Of a stretch of DNA of 64,000 nucleotides, positions 11,341-22,404 are shown piece after piece; the stretch's first letter is position 1, and each line of letters opens with the position of its first letter. The stretch is from contig CM082598.2 of assembly GCA_040954595.2 (NCBI GenBank), positions 9,439,097 to 9,503,096 on the forward strand, read 5' to 3'. Under the pieces are notes generated by a model that did not search any database, was not told the origin of the DNA, and saw only the letters and a list, made by a program, of their open reading frames with translations. The DNA is from Balanoglossus misakiensis (lineage: Eukaryota > Animalia > Hemichordata). The position numbers and the translations under genes are program-made.

Positions 11341-12167
11341 ATGGCGGGCGTGCAGCGAGCGCCGAAGCAATGGTGCTTAAGTAAGTCTGAAACTATTACA
11401 TCATTCGAGAGTTGGCGCCAGAACTTTGATTTTATACTTATTTCTCCCCTTTCCTGGATGAGGGCGCTACATGGGGAAAGAGATCCATTGCAAGTCTGTC
11501 GTTCATAGAGGATTTACAGACGATGGGGAAACTGTTCCAACTCCCAAACATCGTACTGCACAACAGAAAGCATCTGCATTGGAACTCGTGCTTGGACAGA
11601 TTGCTAATTTCTGTCCCATCATTGACCGTAACACCATTGTTCAGAAGTCCACATCCCTTGACATCATATGGCAAACCGTCCGTCTCCATTATGGATTTCA
11701 ATCGACCGGTGCCCCGGATCTACTTGATTTTTGTGATATTCGCCTTGAGCCAGGTGAACGCCCTTAGGACCTGTTTCAGTGATTGACTGCTTTCGCTGAA
11801 GACAATCTTCTCCGAAAAGACAGCAGCATTACCCACCACGGAGACAAAATAATGGAGGATGAAGAACTCTCCCCCTCGGTAGAAAATTACATTATCCTTC
11901 GATGGCTACAGCTCATCATTAAAGACCTACCAAGATTAGTGAAGCAGAGATATGGAACTGAGCTTCGCACACGTACACTTGCTTCAATCAAGCCAGAAAT
12001 ATCGCAGGCCTTATCGTCCCTTCTAGATGAAATCAGATCTATGGAGGAGGTGACTGTTATGCGAGCTGCCGCATCACGCAACCGCTTCATGTCTCAGACA
12101 GATAGTGACACTTGGGATGATCGCTCCAATGATGGTGTAGTAGACTCCCCCAAACCCAAACGAGACC
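11341..12167 (+). pseudogene. gag remnant of the outer LTR element (resumes at ~17034 after the nested insertion)
   Basis: ATG at 11341 ([11 protein letters not shown]); gag-like peptides split over several frames; CPLCKQ resumes after the insert. Confidence 0.8.
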
Positions 12168-15100
12168 TGTAATATATGCATGTATTCATGATGACGTAGT
12201 GTGCGCATGCGTAGTAATAAACTGTACTACAGGTCTCCTGAAGTTGAATGAACAACTGTCTGCTGTGTCCTCTTGTGCTCTCCCTGAATATATCCCAGAT
12301 ATATCACAAATTGGCGACGAGGTGACTAATCGAAGGACCCGTTCGTGAACATTAACTATAGAGACTAGTTCGAGCGACAAGAAAAGACGGAAAACGGCGA
12401 AAGACAGGTGAAGTTCAGTTCAACGTAAAAGGGGAGGAGTGCGCCAGAAAGTGAGCACGTAGAGACCAGACGTAGATCGGACGTAGCGGTCACTTTCATC
12501 AGTCACGTAAACCAGATTGGATGTGGTGAAAACGGTGACGTTGAGTCGTAAACGCACTCTAGATTCGTCAGATTTGATGTGACGGAAGTTCACTTAACAG
12601 TGAGTTGTAAAACTAACTTTCAGATAACGAAGTACTGAGAAGTTAGAACATTGTACAAGTCAACGATACAGCGGTAGACCAGAAAATTTTGCATAATTCG
12701 TCATGGCTACTGGCGGCACGTATCTTGGTTGTGTGGGACCGTTCGAAAGTTCGAAGGAAACCTTCGTTTCGTACATCGACAGAATGCAGATGTTCTTCGT
12801 GGCGAACAATGTTGAATCAGATGAGCGGAAGAAAGCTATATTTCTGACTCAGATCGGTGCTGAGGTGCACACCGTGTTGGTGAATCTTTTGGCGCCAATA
12901 AAACCACGTGACAAGTCGTTGGCGGACATTGAAACCTGCCTGACTGAGCATTATAATCCAGTTCCGTTGGAGATAAGTGAGTCGTTTCACTTTTGGAAAA
13001 GGGATCAAAAACCGGAAGAGTCCGTGAGTGACTATATTCTAGCACTGAAGAAGATGTCCATTCACTGCAATTTCGGTAACTATCTCGATAGAGCATTACG
13101 GGACAGACTTGTGTGTGGGGTGCTCGATTTGAGAATTCAACAGAAATTACTCAACATGCAGAACTTGAACTTTGAGAAAGCATGTCAAACAGCTGCGTCG
13201 ATGGAAATGACGACGAAACAGTCGCAACAGATGAGATCAGACTCTCACAGCAAAAGTACTGTTATAAACAGTGTTGTAAAACGTGAACATTCTAAAACTG
13301 TACAGTGTTTCAGATGTGGAAACAATCATTTTGCGAAAGAGTGTCCACATAAAAATGTAGTATGTCACAAGTGTTCAAAACAAGGTCACTTTGCAAAGTT
13401 TTGTAAAACTAGAGGTAAAGTGAAGGCCAAGGGAAATGTCAGAAGTGACAAAAGGCCTATGGTTAAATCTGTAAAGTCAGTCACTGAAACAGTTGAAGAC
13501 AGTGATGACTCTGATTCATGTGTGTATAATGTTGTATCCTCCATCAATATGAATGTAGGTGGAGAAAAATCTGGCTATTTTGTAAGCCTAGATATGAATG
13601 GTAAGTCCGTGTCAATGCAAGTAGACACAGCAGCTGACTACAGTATCATGTCTAAAACAGAGTATAACAAGAAATTCAGTCAAAGTCCCTTGAGGAAATC
13701 TTCGGTAAGACTGAAAAGCTATACTGGAGATCCGATTTCGGTCTGTGGTGAAATTTTGGTCACAGTATGTTATGATGGTCAGTGTGTCGATTTGCCATTG
13801 ATAGTAGTGGACCACCCAGGTAAACCAACCCTGCTTGGTAGAAATTGGTTGCAGAAATTGAAATTAAATTGGTGTAAGATATTTCTGTGTACTGCCCAAA
13901 CAATCAGTAAAGGAAAAGCTGGTGATTGTTTGACTGCCAAAACAAAAGACAGGCTTGATTTGATTCTTCGTAAGCACAGTAACATATTTACTGATAGCTA
14001 TGATGGTATGCGTGGGCACAAAGCTCATATTCGTGTCAAAGAGGGTGCAAAACCTATATTTCACAAGCCAAGACGAGTTCCATATGCGCTTCGTGGAGCA
14101 GTCGAAACAGAATTGGCAAAACTGGAAAAAAATGGAGTAATAGTTAAAGTTGATCAGTCTGAGTGGGCGAGTCCAATTGTAGTGGTGCCCAAAGCTGATA
14201 AAACAGTCAGAATTTGTGGTGACTATAAAGTAAGTATTAATCCAGTAGTTGAGGATGAGCAGTGTACTTTACCGACTACACAAGATTTGTATGTTCAACT
14301 GTCGGGGTCAAAAGTATTCACACGTTTGGATTTGACACATGCTTATGCTCAATTGTCAGTTGATGACGAAAGTAGAAAGTATTTGACCATTAATACTCAT
14401 AAAGGTCTGTACTCGTACACAAAGTTACCATATGGTGTGAAGTCTGCGCCAAAAATATTTCAGACTAAGATGGATTGTATCCTTCAAGGTGTCCAGAAAT
14501 GTGTTTGGAAACAAGATGATATCCTTATTGGGGGTGACAATGTTCATGAGAATCTTGATATTTTGGAACAAGTTCTCAAAAGATTGAGTGATAATAATTT
14601 GCACGTAAATTTGTCAAAGTGTGAATTTGCAAAGTCTAGCACTGTGTATTTGGGTTTAGAATACAGTGGTGAAGGATTGAAACCTGTGGAATCCTCTGTA
14701 CAAGCCATAAAACAGGCTCCAGTACCAAAGAATGTATCACAATTGCGTTCATTTTTGGGTATGGTACAGTACTACCATCAGTTTTTACCGAATTTAGCTA
14801 CTACATTGCAGCCTCTGCATGAGTTGTTAAAGAAAGGTGTTGTTTGGAAATGGAGCGATAAATGTCAAAAAGCGTATGAGACATGTAAAGCAAACTTGAC
14901 TAGTGAGACCTTGTTGGTACACTATGATCAGAGTAAGAAATTGAAGCTTGATTGTGACGCTTCAAGTTATGGCGTTGGAGCAGTTCTCTCACATGTGTTC
15001 AAAAATGGTGATGAGAGACCAATAGCGTATGCCTCTAGAACGCTCAGCCCAAGCGAGCGTAACTATGCTCAAATTGAAAGAGAAGCATTATCATTGATAT

Positions 15101-17028
15101 TTGGAGTTAAGAAGTTTCATGATTTTCTGTATGGGAGAAAATTCACTCTTGTAACAGATCACAAGCCACTGCTGGCTATTTTGGGTCCAAAAGCGGGTAT
15201 CCCTACCATAGCAGCAGCAAGAATGCAACGTTGGGCATTAATTCTGCAGGCATATGACTATGATATTGAGTATCGTAACACAACGGCACACGCTAACTGT
15301 GATGCATTGTCGAGATTACCAAATCCAAGTAAGCACAATACTGATGCTGATTCCAATGTATTTGCTGTGGGTATACTTGATGAGAGTTTTCCAGTTCTAG
15401 CCGATGATATTGCTAGAGAAACCAGGGTCAATCCAATTCTCTGTAAAGTGTATGATTATGTTTTGAATGGTTGGCCAAAGAATTGTACAGACATGCCTGA
15501 TGCATTGAAACCGTATTATCACAAAAGAGATCAATTATCTCTAGAACGAGGATGTATTCTCTGGGGTCTCAGGGTTGTCATACCAAGGAAATTTCGAGAG
15601 AAATTGCTGGATGAACTTCATTGGGAACATCCAGGAATATGTGCAATGAAAGCACTGGCACGCAGTCATGTGTGGTGGCCAGGAATTGATTCTGATATTG
15701 AATCCAAGGTCAAAGCTTGTTCAGTATGTCAGAGAGCAAGACCAACACCCAGTAAATTACCATTACATCCATGGGTTTGGCCAATGAGACCTTTTCAGAG
15801 AGTGCATATTGATTTTTGTGAAGATAAGACATCATATTATCTTATTCTTGTTGATTGTCATTCTAAATGGGTTGATGTGAAGCCAATGAAAAGCATAACA
15901 GCAGAGCGTACAATTGATGAGTTAAGGCTCATATTTGCTGAACACGGTCTTCCTGAACAGTTAGTTTCAGATAATGGCCCACAATTCACGTCTGCTGAAT
16001 TTGATATATTCATGAAAAGAAATGGTATTCATCATACTAAAGTAGCTCCATATCATCCTGCGTCTAATGGTGCTGCTGAAAGAGCAGTTAAACTTGTGAA
16101 AGAAAGTTTCACTAAGCAAGTTTTAGCTGGTGGATCATCTATGTCTTTGAAACGTAGAATAGCTAATTTTCTATTGAGGTATAGAACCACACCTCATAGC
16201 ACAACAGGTGTTAGTCCAGCTGAATTGATGTGTAAAAGACAGCTTCGTACCAGATTGAGTTTGGTAAAACCTTGTTTGGCTAAAAAGGTTGAAAAGAAAC
16301 AGGAAGCACATAAAGAGCAATTTGATCGTTCTAGAAAACAAGAGCGATACTTTGAAATAGGTGATGTGGTTAGAGTGAAAAATCCTAGACCACAGTCCAA
16401 ACATGACAAATGGTTATTGGGGTCGATCATTGAAGTCAAAGGACCTCGAAATTACATTGTGAAAATAGGATCCATGACTAAATTAGTTCATGCTGATCAT
16501 ATGTTGAAAACCATGGAAGAGTTTCAAACTGAGTTGCCTATGACAGAGTTCAATGATTCAGTTTTGACTAATCTTGATATCTGTGAAAGACCAGTAACTG
16601 AAATGTTCAGTACAATTCCTGTTCAGAATTCTTGTAAACCACAACCAGTGGAAAATACTGATGTGAAAGTTGCTAGTGATTCTGGCCAAGCTACACAAAG
16701 TCAGAATACACAAGTGAAACCTGGAAATATTACAGAACCTGTAAGGAGATCAGACAGAGTCAGAAAACCCGTTGTGAAACTGAATTTGTAATTTCAGTGG
16801 TTTTGTTGTTAACAAAGATGTTTTGTTTACAAGTTGACATTTGTTGAAGTTTGTCAAGCCACCCAATTTCTTTTAAAGGGAAGGCAGTGTAATATATGCA
16901 TGTATTCATGATGACGTAGTGTGCGCATGCGTAGTAATAAACTGTACTACAGGTCTCCTGAAGTTGAATGAACAACTGTCTGCTGTGTCCTCTTGTGCTC
17001 TCCCTGAATATATCCCAGATATATCACA
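12168..17028 (+). mobile_element. Intact Ty3/Gypsy (Mag-like) LTR retrotransposon nested in the outer gag
   Basis: 141-bp TG...CA LTRs at 12168-12308 and 16888-17028, identical by eye; 5-bp TSD AGACC (12163-12167 and 17029-17033); PBS TGGCGACGAGG at 12312-12322 (tRNA-Ser(GCT)-like); PPT AAAGGGAAGGCAG. Confidence 0.97.
12703..16791 (+). CDS. Single gag-pol polyprotein, 1362 aa (gag, two Zn knuckles, protease, RT, RNase H, integrase)
   Basis: CFRCGNNHFAKEC, CHKCSKQGHFAKFC, VDTAAD, RLDLTHAY, LPYG, KQDD, CDASSYG, TDHKPL, HWEH..CSVC, HIDF, SDNGPQF, NGAAER. Confidence 0.96.
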   Translation: MATGGTYLGCVGPFESSKETFVSYIDRMQMFFVANNVESDERKKAIFLTQIGAEVHTVLVNLLAPIKPRDKSLADIETCLTEHYNPVPLEISESFHFWKRDQKPEESVSDYILALKKMSIHCNFGNYLDRALRDRLVCGVLDLRIQQKLLNMQNLNFEKACQTAASMEMTTKQSQQMRSDSHSKSTVINSVVKREHSKTVQCFRCGNNHFAKECPHKNVVCHKCSKQGHFAKFCKTRGKVKAKGNVRSDKRPMVKSVKSVTETVEDSDDSDSCVYNVVSSINMNVGGEKSGYFVSLDMNGKSVSMQVDTAADYSIMSKTEYNKKFSQSPLRKSSVRLKSYTGDPISVCGEILVTVCYDGQCVDLPLIVVDHPGKPTLLGRNWLQKLKLNWCKIFLCTAQTISKGKAGDCLTAKTKDRLDLILRKHSNIFTDSYDGMRGHKAHIRVKEGAKPIFHKPRRVPYALRGAVETELAKLEKNGVIVKVDQSEWASPIVVVPKADKTVRICGDYKVSINPVVEDEQCTLPTTQDLYVQLSGSKVFTRLDLTHAYAQLSVDDESRKYLTINTHKGLYSYTKLPYGVKSAPKIFQTKMDCILQGVQKCVWKQDDILIGGDNVHENLDILEQVLKRLSDNNLHVNLSKCEFAKSSTVYLGLEYSGEGLKPVESSVQAIKQAPVPKNVSQLRSFLGMVQYYHQFLPNLATTLQPLHELLKKGVVWKWSDKCQKAYETCKANLTSETLLVHYDQSKKLKLDCDASSYGVGAVLSHVFKNGDERPIAYASRTLSPSERNYAQIEREALSLIFGVKKFHDFLYGRKFTLVTDHKPLLAILGPKAGIPTIAAARMQRWALILQAYDYDIEYRNTTAHANCDALSRLPNPSKHNTDADSNVFAVGILDESFPVLADDIARETRVNPILCKVYDYVLNGWPKNCTDMPDALKPYYHKRDQLSLERGCILWGLRVVIPRKFREKLLDELHWEHPGICAMKALARSHVWWPGIDSDIESKVKACSVCQRARPTPSKLPLHPWVWPMRPFQRVHIDFCEDKTSYYLILVDCHSKWVDVKPMKSITAERTIDELRLIFAEHGLPEQLVSDNGPQFTSAEFDIFMKRNGIHHTKVAPYHPASNGAAERAVKLVKESFTKQVLAGGSSMSLKRRIANFLLRYRTTPHSTTGVSPAELMCKRQLRTRLSLVKPCLAKKVEKKQEAHKEQFDRSRKQERYFEIGDVVRVKNPRPQSKHDKWLLGSIIEVKGPRNYIVKIGSMTKLVHADHMLKTMEEFQTELPMTEFNDSVLTNLDICERPVTEMFSTIPVQNSCKPQPVENTDVKVASDSGQATQSQNTQVKPGNITEPVRRSDRVRKPVVKLNL

Positions 17029-17720
17029 AGACCGATGACAGCACCATTCCTGCCCATTATGTAAACAAACAGGGCGCCCTGACGACTATTTCCTCAGCGT
17101 TTGCAAGTTTTTGCCTGATGAAGACCGCAGATTCATGACCAAGGCACGTCGCATCGCGGATATCATTGACATTGACCCTGAAGAAATACATCGAGTTGAC
17201 TCTGAGTCTCCCCATGATGACATGAAGGTCGGTCCCTCCATATCCAGAGTGCAAGTGCGCCAGTCTCCTTACCTTGATGCGTGCTACAATCGTCACACAG
17301 TGCGTCTGACAATCGACAGCGGTGCCACTGGTAACATGATACGGCTCTCCACTGCGAAGCGCCTCGGTGTTCCTATCCAGGCAACCTCACAGTCCGCTCG
17401 CCAGGCCGATGGGTCTTCAGCTCTCACCGTCATCGGCGAGACCAGATTCACTCTCACCCGTGATGACGAGCAATTTAAATTTGAGTGACTGGTAACTGAA
17501 AGCCTCGATGTAGAGGTCCTCGCAGGTATACCTTTCATGGACGCCAATGACGTCGGCTTGTGCCCAGCCACGCGACAAATAACCCTGGGTAGTGGGTCCA
17601 CATACACATATGGCTCGCCAGGTCCGGCAAAACATGCCATACGCCGCACAATCGTCACCCAAGCACCTCAGGAGTCCAGAATGGTGCGTGGCTTCACGGC
17701 TGTGGAATTGCCACTGGAAC

Positions 17721-18987
17721 CAATCTGATTAAAATCAGATGTAGGGAACGGCGACTTCGTTTTTTTGTGCTGTCGCCTACACTACATCTGACCAACTCCC
17801 ACTGCAGCTCCCGTTGAAATCTACGAGATTTACTGGGCCAGTAGGCCAATCAGAAGGCGCCTTATAGCAAACGATAGGCATCCCACATTATCACATGACC
17901 TGGCCCCTTGCGGTTGTTACCATGAAGCTACCACAGACGTATCCCAGGCGCGAGAGTCGAAAGGCAGTGTGGGGAATGGTTTCGAGCCAGTCAGCATGAC
18001 GACTGAACCTCTATATTCCACCGGCCAACGAAATGTATAAGACGTGGCAACAAGTCGCAGTAAAATTGTTAGACAGACAATTGATTACATTTGTGTAAGG
18101 CCGTCCCAGAGAGATTCTGTCGCCACGATCTTCAGAGTGTACCGACCGACTGCACTGACTTGACTAGCTCTGCGTACAGGTCTGTGTGTTCCCGGCGTTA
18201 CACGGACGTTAGAAGAAGTTAATCGCATCATATTTGGGGTCGGTTAGGAGGTAGAAGTAGACAGGGAAAGGATTTTGCTTCGATAAAATCAAATTTCGAC
18301 CGAAAAAGCTGCGGTCCGGGTGCGGACCTCGAACGCAGAGACGCACCAGTTTTGTCTATGGGGCCTTGCAGGAGACGAATTCGGCTATGCTGGAACACAC
18401 ATAGCTCTGCGTACAGGTCTGTGTGTTCCCGGCGTTACACGCAGAGCTATGACTTGACCTTCCATAGCCGAAGTTAGCGTTATTTTTAAATCCTGTCACA
18501 TTAATGGTTTTGGAATACATGGAAGTGAAATTTGGTTTACTTTTTTTATAAACTATTACATGAAGTACGTCATTTTCCCGACTGGTGCCAATGACTACGA
18601 GGGCGAACATGACGACTTGTTAGGAGAGTTTATGAATGATCAACGACAGTTCATCATTTGTATATGGCTACAGCTGGACGTTGCACTGTTCTGCGAAAAC
18701 CACTCGCATACGATGACGCCAAACAAAGAAAGATATCATGGTATTACATGTAATTGTTCACAAGAGATAGCCAATCTGTCGTATTCTGTGCGATACCCGA
18801 AGTCAACAACAACATTTCTCCCATCTCCCAGTGCAATTCTTTGGTCGGCGTAACACGCAATCTAATTGGCCAGGTCGGAATGCGCGATTTCAGCGGGATC
18901 TCCAGTGAGAGTTGGTCAGATGTAGTGTGAAGCGACAGCACACAAAAAACAAGTCGCCGTTCCCTACATCTGATTTTAATCAGATTG
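17721..18987 (+). mobile_element. Non-autonomous long-TIR element with 9-bp TSD (MULE-like), copy 1
   Basis: CAATCTGATTAAAATCAGATGTAGGGAACGGCGAC... TIRs of ~100 bp; TSD cactggaac/cacaggaac. Confidence 0.85.
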
Positions 18988-20635
18988 CACAGGAACTAGA
19001 GGACATCACCGATGTGTATACCCTTGAGCCACGTGCCGACACGCCCCTAGCAACAGGCGACTGTCTGGGAGAGCTTTGCATACCCCCAAAGTGACAGGCG
19101 GATCTCAAACAATGCCACGCGCTGAACACTTGAGTCAAATATCTCCGGTTTTTGTACCGCCAACAGACTGTGATGTTCATGCAGACACACAGCCAGACAT
19201 TAACACCAGCCAGTCAACAGGATGTTGCTCATCCACCATTACCCCGGATGAAGACGGAATGTCACCAGATCATAAAGACGAAGTACCCAATCCTACCGTC
19301 AGTTGCTACAACGTCGAGCCCGATCCTTTCAAGGCTACAGGGATCACATGTCCGGTTCAAGCCCCGCAGCACAATGGCCAGTGTCCTCCGTACTCACATG
19401 AACAGTTCAAAGTATCAACACCAGATCCATGAGGGAACAGGTGTGGTTGCTCATCAGGAAGATCCAGAGATAGTTGGCATTTTCTTTGCCGCTGATGTCA
19501 CCAAGCAGGAGATAGACCCAGTTGACGGCCTGCCCACTGTCATCAGATCTGACTCTGCTCCGGGAGTTGCGACTTCAACAAAAGGCGGCTTGCACAACCC
19601 CACTGTCGAAATGGGGTGTGCTGAAAACCGAAACAAGAATCCAACATCCGACAGAGCCATCCAAGAAATCCAGGACGAGCTATTGCATCTAGTCCCACTT
19701 CGTGCCACCGTCACACTACCGTTGCTTGCTTCTGCCAATGTGAATGTCAACGCAGGTCGGCCTACACGTACAATACGGATGCAAGGGGATCAGTTTGACC
19801 ACACTCAGCTGCCCATCTTTGACCACAAGCAGATAGGCAATCGGCGTACTATGCATCTCGACGACCACCAGTTCAGTGGACACACAAAGGCTCTATTTGA
19901 CATTTTTACAGAGGTGCCTGTGCTTGATGTAGACGACCTGGTCTACCCCCATTCAGATCACAGGAAAATACAGCCCCGTGACTGTTACTTGATTGTTGGC
20001 ATTACATAGACGTCGTCACCTTCACCTTTGTACTAGACTGACGGGTGTGGCCCTTCACCCAAAACCACCGTCCCCCCACTTGACCAGCCAGACGGAGCGG
20101 CAGCTGAAAGGCCGGATGTCGTACCCCAGAGGACTTACAGGACTTTATTTTGGGACCGTTTCACCTTTTTCATAGTATTTGTATTTGGGGACAGTTTTTT
20201 CCATGCTTTCGTGTTTTTGCCGCTTTGTCTACTTCTCGTGAAACTATTTAGTTTCCGCTTTATTGAGTTTACCTGGCAGCGCAATGTGCCTCCGCAGATT
20301 CAGCTCTTGTTCATTGTTTTTCTTCAAAAAAGAAAGGAGAAAAGTGGTTGCGCCACTATGTTAGTTGTTAGTAGTTTGACCCTTGACCTCACTACCCACA
20401 ATGCTTTGCCTGTGGCGTAGCTTTCTCTCTCTCTGCTCGTCCGCCATCTTGTAACTAGCGGTATAGTGCGTTCGTAATAAAACTGTTCGTGTTATCGACC
20501 TTACGTGCCTGGTTGTAGTCTTTGCTGGTGTCTGACAACACAGTGGTTGTGTCCACGTTGGCGGTCAGCGTCACTGCAGTGCACTGACAAATTATTTTGC
20601 CACTGTTGAAGTCAACATGCTGTATGCATAAACAC

Positions 20636-20710
20636 CAATCTGATTAAAATTCGTTCAGATGTAGTGTGGCGAGAACAGAAAAGCGTCTAACATCTGTATT
20701 TATCAGATTG
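20636..20710. mobile_element. 75-bp mini-derivative of the MULE-like family
   Basis: CAATCTGAT...ATCAGATTG termini; perfect 10-bp TSD gcataaacac. Confidence 0.8.
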
Positions 20711-20993
20711 GCATAAACACCATAAAATCCAAAAGTGATTAATAAGGCTCATATTGAAACCATGACTGAATGCCCAACATTGTCACAGTGGATGTTTTTT
20801 ATGAGTTTACCCAGGGTAACATAAAATCTTCTAGATATGACCTTGCACCCAAGACGTAATAAAGAAAAGCTTGAGGATCTATAGGTTGTACAGCAAAGAA
20901 ACTAGATGCCAAGAAATTGATAAGTTGGCTTGAGGGTGGAGGATGCTTTTGAAAAGTAACATTCTGTTTATATTTTGTACACAATCATTAAAA

Positions 20994-21255
20994 CCCTAAC
21001 ACTACTGGGCGTCTGCCGTCATACCTGCTTAGAGTGTCAAGTCCCTTAAAATACAAATGTGCCATTTTTCTTCTTAAAAGTATTTTGACTGTCTTGGCAT
21101 AGCTCTCATACGTACTTAGCAGTTTGAACCCCGTAAAAGAGTCTTGTATAGGCCCTACTGAATAACACACACTTGGCACCCTAACAGGCGTGGGTGCCAG
21201 GATTCTAGGCACCCTGGAAATCAAACCAGTTTTAACTGACTTGGCAGGATTAGGG
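20994..21255. mobile_element. piggyBac-type MITE (same family as 7502-7818)
   Basis: ccctaacactactgg ... ggcaggattaggg|ttaa; shared internal sequence. Confidence 0.8.
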
Positions 21256-21505
21256 TTAAGTTATATTTGCCAGTTTGAGACAGAGACATATTATTTCACA
21301 CAGATATGTTGAGTGTAATGATTTCAAGGAAATGACAAACATTGTGAGGTGGTTGGCAGGTTTTGCAATTAATAAATGTCCAGCATGGAAGGCATTGCAC
21401 TAATTACTAAGCTACATTTCCTGCCTTACTTGCCACTATCAATCAAAGTACATGTATCTGCAAATGCACATCGGGTTTGGTAGTTCATAAGTTATTGACC
21501 ATTAA

Positions 21506-21832
21506 AGGGACATAGTCTCGCCCTCGCTGCCCTTTTTCCATTAATTTTGTTTGATACATGACACAGTTTATGTCAATGTACATGTACATGTGTATCAGTA
21601 GTGGATGTTCAACCACATACAACTTCCATCCTACTTGTGTGATATGAGAGTAAAATTCTGATTATTCATTTTGGCGAGTTTTTTCACTCTCTTGTCTACA
21701 AGTGAGACGGAAGTTGTGTGTGGTCGAACATTCATTCACTATATATCAACATGTACGGTAGAATAACATAAATGGTGTCTTGTATCAAACATAATTAATG
21801 AAAAAGGGCAGGGAGAGAGAGACTTTGTCTCT
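21506..21832. mobile_element. TTAA-flanked MITE, family A
   Basis: ttaa|agggacatagtctc ... gagactttgtctct|ttaa. Confidence 0.72.
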
Positions 21833-21925
21833 TTAACTTTTCAAGTGAAATTTACCTGAAAATTTAACTGTCAGAGTACTTTTAGAATGTCAAAAATACA
21901 AGACAAGTATTCACATATGCATACC

Positions 21926-22250
21926 GGAGGCACCATAGTCCAATGGTTAGAGCATCGGACTCATGATCGAAGGATAGTGGGTTCAAGTCTCGGCATGGCA
22001 GTGGTGTTGTGTCCTTTGGCAAGGCACTTTACTTCTCATTGCTTCTCCCCACCCAGGAGTTATGGGTACCTGGTAGGACAGAGATTGCAATGTGTATGTT
22101 TAGCTCAGCTGTACTCCCCAGGGAGTTGAATGCAATATTTAGATCAAATGACCTAGGTCCAATGACCTTGGGAACAACTGTAAAAGTGCATTGAGATGTA
22201 TAATGTATGCATGATATAAGAAATAATATTATGATTATGATTATTATTAT
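21926..22250 (+). mobile_element. tRNA-derived SINE with CORE-like central domain
   Basis: A box tagtccaatggttagagc; B box ggttcaagtc; gtgtcctttggcaaggcactttac core; tgtaaaagtgcattgag tail ending in (ATT)n. Confidence 0.8.
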
Positions 22251-22270
22251 TTTTCATTTTCAATTAACAG

Positions 22271-22404
22271 AGGAAGTAACCAGAGATTATGCATCTTCAG
22301 TCAGAGATCCTTCATTAAGGAAAGTACATCTTTTACCATGGCAGCTAGCAGATATCACTGATACCAGTGCTGCCCACATTGAACCTGATGTTGATTACTA
22401 TAAA
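22271..22404 (+). CDS. TTLL12: TTLL12 exon (EEVTRDY...EPDVDYYK)
   Basis: aacag acceptor, gtaagt donor; the phase-1 join gives Glu. Confidence 0.92.

Larger units (their letters stand above)
10956..20563 (+). mobile_element. Decayed Ty3/Gypsy-type LTR retrotransposon (outer element), RT/RNase H apparently deleted
   Basis: 213-bp LTRs at 10956-11168 and 20351-20563 (~5 differences); PBS TGGTGGCAGCG at 11169-11179 (tRNA-Leu-like); purine tract ~20326-20344. Contains frameshifted gag ([26 protein letters not shown]), protease DSGATGN and integrase remnants (VIRSDSAPG, KNPTSDRAIQE). Confidence 0.88.

Noticed and set aside
18560-18853. Similar short ORFs (DQRQFIICIWLQLD) at 18560, 23923 and 34452
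   Set aside because: Internal sequence of three MULE-like copies; starts, stops and indels differ between copies, so coding is not conserved.
21926-22000. Possible tRNA gene
   Set aside because: A and B boxes are present, but the sequence continues into a CORE-like SINE body and (ATT)n tail with no proper acceptor stem.
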